Virus record (IMG/VR): IMGVR_UViG_3300045988_071496
Source: a virus
Length of the DNA: 31,484 nucleotides
Direction: 5' to 3' (one strand)
Shown: positions 25,778-31,484 of the stretch, in pieces
Layout of the letters: every line of letters begins with the position of its first letter
Position numbering within the stretch: position 1 is the stretch's first letter
The notes under the pieces: model-generated
The model's database searches: none
What the model was told of the DNA's origin: nothing
Seen by the model: only the letters and a program-made list of their open reading frames with translations
Made by a program: the position numbers and the translations under genes

Positions 25778-27322
25778 ATGGTCAAACGTAGAGCGGCTAT
25801 ATATGCCCGCTTTTCGTCACACAACCAACGGTCGGAAAGCATCGAAATACAGGTTGACGCTGGCACACGCTACATAGCTGAAAACGGCCTTGAACTGGTG
25901 AAGGTATATGCGGACTATGCCAAGACAGGGCGCAACACTGACCGGCGCGAATACAAACACATGATGAACGATGCCCGGTTGGGCTTGTTTGACTATGTGG
26001 TGATCTACAAGGTGCCGCGCATCATGCGCAACCGCGACGAAATGGCGCTAACGCGCATCATGCTGCGCAAAGCCGGTGTTGAAATACTCTACGCCGGTGA
26101 AGAAATCGCCAGCGGTTCGGCTGGCGTGCTGCAATTGGGAATGCTCGAAGTGCTGGCCGAATGGGAAAGCGCCATAGACAGCGAACGCATCATTGACGGC
26201 ATACAGAAGAACGCACAAAGGTGTATGGCGAATGGCCGCACGCTCTACGGTTGGGACATTGTAGAAGGGCGCTACGTGGTCAATGACCGCGAAGCGGCGG
26301 TGCTGCACCGCATGAAGAACCTGTTGTTTAGCGGCTCGACGGTCGCGGACATTGTGCGGGCTGTCGCCAATGAGCGAAGCCGCAACGGAAAGCCCTTCAA
26401 CCATGACCGCACGAAGAAGCTACTGCTGCGCCCGCAGAACGGCGGCACATACAGTTACGCCGGTCACGTGGTAGAAGACGGAATGCCCGCAATCTGGCCG
26501 AAGATCGAACAAGATATGATTATCAGCATGTTAGGCACACCGCGCCCGCGCCGTCGCGTAGACCACACCGCAGAATGGCCGCTAACCGGCAAGCTGTATT
26601 GCGCCGAATGCGGCAACACCCTTGCCGGAACATCCGGCACCAGCAAGGGCGGCACGGTCTATTCGTACTACAAGTGCAAGAAGTGCAAGCGCACGTTCCG
26701 GCGCGACATTTTGGAAGATGCAATAGTTGATATGACCATATGCGCCCTAGAGCGCCCCGACGTGCGCAAGCGCATTGCCGACGGCATGGCAACCTATGAA
26801 GCTACCATGGAAGATGCGCCGCTTGAAAGCGAACGGTTGCGCAAAGAGATAAAGCGGATTGATGCCGCGTTTGAACGAATCTGGCAAGCCATCGAAGACG
26901 GCATAGCGCCACCGGGCGGCAAAGAACGAATTGAGGATTTGAAAGCCCGCAAAGATGCGTTGGAAACCGAATACCAGATAGCCAAGGCCAATGAAAACAT
27001 TGAACCGGGCTTTTCGGAATTGATGGACTGGCTAGACAACGTAGCCGAAGAAATGAACCCGCAAGAAATCCTAACAATGTTTGTGCGGGCGGTGCAGATC
27101 GACAAAACCGAAGTGCGGTTGTACTTCGCTTTTGACTATTACGGCGACAATTTCACGCCGCCAAAAAAAGACGAACACCCGGTAGATGGGTGTTCGTCTA
27201 ATTCTCTTATGGTGGAGCCTAATATAACTAAGGCGAACACGGTTATATGTCTTGAAACCTGTTATTTGCAGATTAACCGCAATTGGTTTGCGGTTATAGG
27301 CAACCTGCAAAATACCAGATAG
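25778..27322 (+). CDS. large serine recombinase (phage integrase type)
   Basis: 514 aa. The N-terminal resolvase domain has the catalytic Ser in AIYARFSS. A large C-terminal domain carries a zinc ribbon (CAECG...CKKCKR) and a coiled coil. An AAGGTGA RBS is present. Confidence 0.85.
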   Translation: MVKRRAAIYARFSSHNQRSESIEIQVDAGTRYIAENGLELVKVYADYAKTGRNTDRREYKHMMNDARLGLFDYVVIYKVPRIMRNRDEMALTRIMLRKAGVEILYAGEEIASGSAGVLQLGMLEVLAEWESAIDSERIIDGIQKNAQRCMANGRTLYGWDIVEGRYVVNDREAAVLHRMKNLLFSGSTVADIVRAVANERSRNGKPFNHDRTKKLLLRPQNGGTYSYAGHVVEDGMPAIWPKIEQDMIISMLGTPRPRRRVDHTAEWPLTGKLYCAECGNTLAGTSGTSKGGTVYSYYKCKKCKRTFRRDILEDAIVDMTICALERPDVRKRIADGMATYEATMEDAPLESERLRKEIKRIDAAFERIWQAIEDGIAPPGGKERIEDLKARKDALETEYQIAKANENIEPGFSELMDWLDNVAEEMNPQEILTMFVRAVQIDKTEVRLYFAFDYYGDNFTPPKKDEHPVDGCSSNSLMVEPNITKANTVICLETCYLQINRNWFAVIGNLQNTR

Positions 27323-27357
27323 GCGGCTTGCGTATTTGCCTTGTAACGCACGAAAAC

Positions 27358-27382
27358 GGGGCACCCCTTATCAGGGTGCCCC
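27358..27382. terminator. bidirectional rho-independent terminator between the convergent recombinase and endolysin genes
   Basis: A 9-bp GC stem GGGGCACCC / GGGTGCCCC with a 7-nt loop. U-rich tracts follow on both strands (GUUUUCG on the minus strand, UGUGUUUUA on the plus strand). Confidence 0.6.
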
Positions 27383-27404
27383 GCTTGAACGTGTGTTTTA
27401 GCGC

Positions 27405-28370
27405 CTAGCACTTGGCAAGGTACTTTTCCGACCCATTGGACGTGCCGACGGCAACATAACGCGTCGCGCCGCTGTATGCGGTATAGTGCGCCCACGTGTA
27501 GCCGTCCTTTTCCACAACGTCAGCCGCAATGCTGTTGATCTTGTCGCCGTAGTCATACGAAGCGACAATGGAGCCGGAAAGCGACGGCGCGGAACGGACG
27601 TTAAGGCTTGACGCAATAACCTTGTAGGTGCCAGCGATGATGCGGGGCGCTCCTGTTGAGGTTCCGGGCGCGTTGGCGGTGCCGGTAAGCATTTCGTTGA
27701 CGCGCTTTTGCACGGCTTCGTACTTGTCGCCCAAGGCGGCGCGGCGCGAATCGCCGTTGCCGAAGCGTCCGGCAATCACCGCTTGCGCCAGTTCGTCAAT
27801 TGAGCCGCTAACGGCTGTGGTCGGATTTGACGGCGTAGCCGTTGAACCCGATTGCGCGGGCGCACTGGTGACAACCACGCAATGACCGTCGCGCACCAGC
27901 ACGTCACCCAAGCGCAACGCCGATTCCGCAAGACCAGACCCCACGCGCTGCATACCGGCGTTGACAAGCTTAGTTGCCGCGTCGCCGGTATACATGAGGT
28001 TGCCGCCCTTGAACAAAGCCGCGTCGGAAAGACCGGCGCAGATGCAGCAGGTGGCCGCAAGGCTTGTGCAATCGCATTCGCAATCTTTCTTGATCGCCGA
28101 CATGACCCACGAAACGGCCATGGCTTGCGTGCGCACGGTGTTGCGCTCGTACTGGTCATATCCAATGTGCATATTGGCGACAGCTTGCGCGGCGGCGTTC
28201 GCAATCTTGCTTGCGGTGGCCGCGTCCTTCGCGCGGTAGGTAACCCAAGGGTTGCCGCTGCTGCTGTAGTACGCGCGTGTGTTCAGTTCGGTGCCGGACT
28301 GGTTGCCAGCCTGACCGCCAACGTACTTGCCGCGCTCGTCGCAAGATGCTTGGGAAACGTAGACTGTCAT
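27405..28370 (-). CDS. endolysin (N-terminal Cys/His peptidase-like catalytic domain, CW_7 cell-wall-binding motif, C-terminal SH3b-like domain)
   Basis: GRFGNGDSRRAALGDKYEAVQKRVNEML matches the Cpl-7 (CW_7) repeat consensus. The C-terminus (TYKVIASSLNVRSAPS...GYTWAHY) is SH3b-like. The N-terminal DCTSLAATC...GHCVVV is NlpC/P60- or CHAP-like. It lies downstream of the holins. Confidence 0.65.
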   Translation of the reverse strand: MTVYVSQASCDERGKYVGGQAGNQSGTELNTRAYYSSSGNPWVTYRAKDAATASKIANAAAQAVANMHIGYDQYERNTVRTQAMAVSWVMSAIKKDCECDCTSLAATCCICAGLSDAALFKGGNLMYTGDAATKLVNAGMQRVGSGLAESALRLGDVLVRDGHCVVVTSAPAQSGSTATPSNPTTAVSGSIDELAQAVIAGRFGNGDSRRAALGDKYEAVQKRVNEMLTGTANAPGTSTGAPRIIAGTYKVIASSLNVRSAPSLSGSIVASYDYGDKINSIAADVVEKDGYTWAHYTAYSGATRYVAVGTSNGSEKYLAKC

Positions 28371-28678
28371 TTTGCATCATCGCCAAACGTGCTTCGCGGG
28401 GCGGGCTTGGTGTAGGTCATGGCGCGGTTGCTGTCGCCCAAGCCCTCGGTGGTCGGGTCAACCACCACGCCAAGGATTACCAGCACGGCAAACAGCGCGT
28501 CTACGGCGGCAACAACACGGCCTTGCAGTTCCGACAAGTCGAAATTGAAGCCGAAAATAGCGGCCACCATCTGCACAAGCAGGAACAGCGCAGGGATTAG
28601 CGCCATCCAAAACAGCTTGTTCTTTGCGCGTGCAAGAAAGTTGATTTTCAGATCGTCCATAATGTCCCCCTTAGTCAA
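28367..28678 (-). CDS. holin (two TM helices)
   Basis: 103 aa with two hydrophobic helices (LFWMALIPALFLLVQMVAAIF and VVAAVDALFAVLVILGVVV) and a charged C-terminus. It lies immediately upstream of the endolysin with an ATGA overlap. Confidence 0.6.
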   Translation of the reverse strand: MTKGDIMDDLKINFLARAKNKLFWMALIPALFLLVQMVAAIFGFNFDLSELQGRVVAAVDALFAVLVILGVVVDPTTEGLGDSNRAMTYTKPAPRSTFGDDAK

Positions 28679-28991
28679 CGACTAGATAAGGCTTTAGTGC
28701 CTTGATTGCTTCCATGTATTTCTTCGCGGTTCCGTTTCCGCCAAGAGCCGTATACGCGTCGAAGATGCGCAAAAGTTCGTCGTATCGGGCAATAGTCAGC
28801 TTCTTGCCCTTGACCACGTAATCTTCGTAAGCGTCGAAGATCATTTGCCGCGCCATGGCCTTTTCGATCTCGACGCGGGCTTTCTCGAACTTTGACAAGT
28901 GCGTGACCTTGGCAATGAGGAAACCTATAACGCCGCTGGCGATGATGCCGACGATTGACGTTATTAGCTGCTGCCCAGCCGCGCTAATCAT
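28671..28991 (-). CDS. holin-like protein (single N-terminal TM helix, BhlA/UviB-like)
   Basis: 106 aa with an N-terminal TM helix (ITSIVGIIASGVIGFLIA) followed by an amphipathic helical domain, in the lysis cassette. Confidence 0.4.
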   Translation of the reverse strand: MISAAGQQLITSIVGIIASGVIGFLIAKVTHLSKFEKARVEIEKAMARQMIFDAYEDYVVKGKKLTIARYDELLRIFDAYTALGGNGTAKKYMEAIKALKPYLVVD

Positions 28992-29428
28992 TAGTCAACC
29001 ACCTGCCAAAGCGTTTCAGTGCCAGCAACGCCCGGTTCCCACACGTTGTTGTCAACAAGCGATTGCCACTTGCTGCCGCCATGGGTCACCACCGCGCCGG
29101 TTGGGTATCCGTTCGCAGCGTCCGGCTGCTCCCATGCGGGCACGTCTGTTGCGTCCGGGCTGTCGGCTGCGGCAAGGTTACGCGCCCAAAGGCTCGGCGC
29201 TGCCGCCGGTGCCCAGTCGGCTTGCGACGTGTGCGGCTGCAAGCACACATAGAGCGTGCCGCCATATTCCACGCGCTCGCCAGCGGTGTAATAGTGGCCG
29301 TCGCCCGTCCACTGGTCGTATAGCGCCGGGGCAATCTCTGCCACGTCATCGGACAACGACGGCGCTTGCGTCTTGTAAATTGCGATGATGCCGCGCAACG
29401 CGGCTTCCTCTTCGGCTGTGAATGCCAT
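28991..29428 (-). CDS. protein with two CBM5/12-like (chitin-binding-type) carbohydrate-binding repeats
   Basis: The ATG at 29426-29428 has an AGGGGG RBS. Two repeats fit the aromatic W..G..Y..G..V.Y.G..Y.C...H.....W pattern: YDQWTGDGHYYTAGERVEYGGTLYVCLQPHTSQADWAP and GYPTGAVVTHGGSKWQSLVDNNVW. Confidence 0.4.
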   Translation of the reverse strand: MAFTAEEEAALRGIIAIYKTQAPSLSDDVAEIAPALYDQWTGDGHYYTAGERVEYGGTLYVCLQPHTSQADWAPAAAPSLWARNLAAADSPDATDVPAWEQPDAANGYPTGAVVTHGGSKWQSLVDNNVWEPGVAGTETLWQVVD

Positions 29429-29498
29429 GTTTTGCCCCCTAACAATAGGAAAGCCCGCGCAATGGCGGGCTTGGCTTGCTGTTGGTGTGTTTGTGCTG

Positions 29499-30695
29499 CT
29501 ATCCGAAAAGCCGGGTAAACAGCGCATCCATGTTTGCGACGGTTCGCCGCGCGTCAAGGCGCATCATCGAACCGCGCCAAGATTGGTAGCTTTGCAACGC
29601 CTGATCGCGCGTCATCTCGCCGCGCTCCACAAACGCCGCAAGCTTTTTCAACTTGCGCCGCTCCCGCGTTACGGCGGCACGGCACGGGCGCACAATGACT
29701 TTGCCAGTCTCGCCATAGTTAAACCTCTTCTTTAGGAACGTGAAGCCGCGTGTCAGCTTCACGATGCGGGTTTTCTTCTCATTAACGACAATGCCCAGCT
29801 TTGCGCACTCGCTCCGAATGTCGGCAAGCACGCCGCGCAAGTCCGCCTTGTCAATGGCGATGCAATAAAGGTCATCCATGTAGCGCCCACTTGCCAGCAC
29901 GCAGGGCGTGCGCAGCAACATATGGTCTACGGGGCTTGGAAGCGCAACGGCTAGTATCTGGTTCGGCTCGCTGCCAAGCCCAAGGCCACGGGTGCCGTGT
30001 GAATCAACTTGCGCGTACATAAGCGCCTTGATTCGCTCGTCATCTAGCGCCCTGTCAATTAGCCGCTTGGTGGCCGCGTGGTCGATGTTCCCGAAGAAGT
30101 TAGAGAAATCGACAAGCAGCACGTAACCTTCTGCGCCATGCTTCCGATAGTGCCTTGCAAGCTGCTGTTTCAGGCGCGATACGGCAAAGTCCGTGCCGCG
30201 CCCCTTGATGTTCGCGGTGCAGCCCGGCGCAAGCGTCGGCCAGATCGCCGGTGCCAGCGCGTAGCGGTTAAGCGCCTTATGCACAACGCGTTCAGAGTAA
30301 TGCACGGACGTGATATGCCGAAGCTTGCCGCGCTCGAATATGTCAAACTCAACGAAGCCGCGCCGAATGTCGTTGCCCGCCATCAAGTCGGCGTGGGTCT
30401 TTAGGACGTTCGGAAGAATGTTTGCAAGGTAGCGTTGAACCGCCGATTTCCAACCCACGCCATGGGCGCAAGCCTGTGCGCATCTGTAAAGGTTGTCAAC
30501 GTCTGCAACCTGTTCAATGGTACATCGTTCAAGGCGCTTTTCTCGGTTCGCCGCGCGTTTCGCATCGCGGCGGGCACGTCGTGCAGCCCGCCGCTCTTCG
30601 GATTTCACGGGCACCCCGCACGGCTTGCAATCGGCATTCCGTAGCCGCTTAGGCACCAACAATGAAACGCAAGCAAATGCCGAAACCTGCGCCAT
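29499..30695 (-). CDS. DGR reverse transcriptase
   Basis: 398 aa with RT motifs including the catalytic GRYMDDLYC (YMDD box) and upstream fingers/palm motifs (LLVDFSNFFGNIDH, TRGLGLGSEPNQ). It lies 118 nt downstream of the template repeat on the same strand. Confidence 0.9.
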   Translation of the reverse strand: MAQVSAFACVSLLVPKRLRNADCKPCGVPVKSEERRAARRARRDAKRAANREKRLERCTIEQVADVDNLYRCAQACAHGVGWKSAVQRYLANILPNVLKTHADLMAGNDIRRGFVEFDIFERGKLRHITSVHYSERVVHKALNRYALAPAIWPTLAPGCTANIKGRGTDFAVSRLKQQLARHYRKHGAEGYVLLVDFSNFFGNIDHAATKRLIDRALDDERIKALMYAQVDSHGTRGLGLGSEPNQILAVALPSPVDHMLLRTPCVLASGRYMDDLYCIAIDKADLRGVLADIRSECAKLGIVVNEKKTRIVKLTRGFTFLKKRFNYGETGKVIVRPCRAAVTRERRKLKKLAAFVERGEMTRDQALQSYQSWRGSMMRLDARRTVANMDALFTRLFG

Positions 30696-30813
30696 GCAAG
30701 CAGCGGTCTGCGGTACCCACGGGGTGCATATTTACGGCCATATGGCCGAACGTCGCACCTTCCTTCCTCTTCTGCACGGATTGCGGACGCATCCGCAATG
30801 GCTGGCATTTTCA

Positions 30814-30943
30814 AGGAATCACGGGCGCGGGCGCACCCACTCATTAGTGGCCGAATTGTTGTTGCAGTTGCCGTTGCTGTTGACATTGCACACGTTGGAC
30901 GCGGAACCGCCCATGACGGAACGCAACCACCAATTGACGCGCT
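30814..30943 (-). repeat. DGR template repeat (TR), noncoding, between avd and the RT gene
   Basis: This 130-bp segment matches the VR at 24-154 (offset 30789). It carries T on the plus strand, which is A on the minus strand, at all 10 positions where the VR differs. In the target frame it would encode an Asn(AAY)-rich peptide. Confidence 0.85.
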
Positions 30944-30968
30944 AAACAAGATACGACGTATGGTTATT

Positions 30969-31376
30969 CTACCCTTGCCCAATCAATTTCACACCCTTTC
31001 TTGCGCCCTTGATTAGCTTTATCGCCGTTTCAACATCTTCTGCCATCCGCTCGCACCTGCTCACCTTCACAATGCCAAGTTCGATAAGGCATTGCAGGTC
31101 TTGCATGATCTGCTCGCAGTCCGCAACGGCAAGCGTCATGTAATGCCGCCGCTGGCAAACGTTGTGTTCGGTATTGGGGTAGAACGCGTTTGCGGTCACA
31201 AGGTTGTGAACGATGCTTCGCGCTGTTTCCGCCATCGGGACGGCAAACACGAATCGGTATGACTTCGGCAACGCCGAAGAAGTAACAAGCGCCGTGATCT
31301 CTTTTCTGATTCTAACGGCGGTTGTGAAATACTCGTAATTGCTCAAATCGCGATAGCGGGCTAGAACTGTACTCAA
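30969..31376 (-). CDS. avd: accessory variability determinant (Avd, four-helix-bundle DGR accessory protein)
   Basis: 135 aa, basic and helical. It sits in the canonical position between the target gene and the TR. The start is TTG at 31374-31376 with an AAGAAAGG RBS. Confidence 0.6.
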   Translation of the reverse strand: MSTVLARYRDLSNYEYFTTAVRIRKEITALVTSSALPKSYRFVFAVPMAETARSIVHNLVTANAFYPNTEHNVCQRRHYMTLAVADCEQIMQDLQCLIELGIVKVSRCERMAEDVETAIKLIKGARKGVKLIGQG

Positions 31377-31397
31377 AGCAAGCCTTTCTTGTATCTA

Positions 31398-31418
31398 GCG
31401 CCCGCGCAAGGCGGGCGC
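31398..31418 (-). promoter_or_regulatory. GC-rich hairpin downstream of the VR / target-gene stop (DGR target-recognition-type hairpin)
   Basis: GCGCCCGC (31398-31405), loop GCAAG, GCGGGCGC (31411-31418). On the minus strand it lies about 26 nt 3' of the target stop codon (15-17, equivalent to 31444-31446) and is not followed by a U-tract. Confidence 0.5.
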
Positions 31419-31429
31419 GGTTAAAGCGC

Positions 31430-31484
31430 ACGGCATCGGCTTATCAGCCTATTAGGAAGCACGGGCGCGGGCGCACCCACTCAT
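31430..31484. repeat. exact 55-bp duplicate of bases 1-55 (circular overlap of the genome representation)
   Basis: 31430-31484 is identical to 1-55 (ACGGCATCGGCTTATCAGCCTATTAGGAAGCACGGGCGCGGGCGCACCCACTCAT). The identity runs exactly to the window edge and lies inside the 3' end of the target gene. Confidence 0.8.

Noticed and set aside
30605-30982. 125-aa minus-strand ORF overlapping the template repeat
   Set aside because: It reads the TR in a non-target frame (giving a STATATATT low-complexity run). The TR is expected to be noncoding, and the ORF has no RBS.

Overview
This 31.5-kb window is a GC-rich temperate siphovirus-type phage genome, and it appears complete and circular. Bases 1-55 are repeated exactly at 31430-31484, so the window wraps around. 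Nearly all genes lie on the minus strand.

From high to low coordinate on the minus strand, the order is: Cro-like regulator and early genes (24928-22529); replication and metabolism genes (DUF4373 initiator-like, HNH, DUF3310, DUF2786, tyrosine integrase, SSB, dUTPase); a late module (TerS P27, TerL, HK97-type portal, protease and capsid, connector proteins, major tail, G/T chaperones, tape measure, Dit, Tal, two fibre/receptor-binding genes). Reading continues across the window end into a complete diversity-generating retroelement (DGR) and a lysis cassette (CBM5/12-like protein, two holins, modular endolysin). On the plus strand sit only a CI-like repressor and a large serine recombinase.

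The standout is the DGR: target gene (15-923) - avd (30969-31376) - TR (30814-30943) - reverse transcriptase (29499-30695). The 131-bp TR matches a variable repeat (VR) at the 3' end of the distal tail-fibre gene with exactly 10 mismatches. All 10 fall at template adenines, and all at codon position 1 or 2 of AAY codons. This is the signature of mutagenic homing that diversifies the receptor-binding tip.

Other notable points:
- a GC hairpin just downstream of the VR;
- a candidate +1 frameshift between the G/T chaperone ORFs;
- two different site-specific recombinases;
- a CI/Cro switch with repeated AAGTACG palindromic operators;
- a 300-bp AT-rich noncoding island with a long hairpin and tandem repeats;
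- a repeat-rich second fibre gene.

No tRNA genes or CRISPR arrays were seen. All protein-family calls rest on motif recognition by eye and need confirmation by search.
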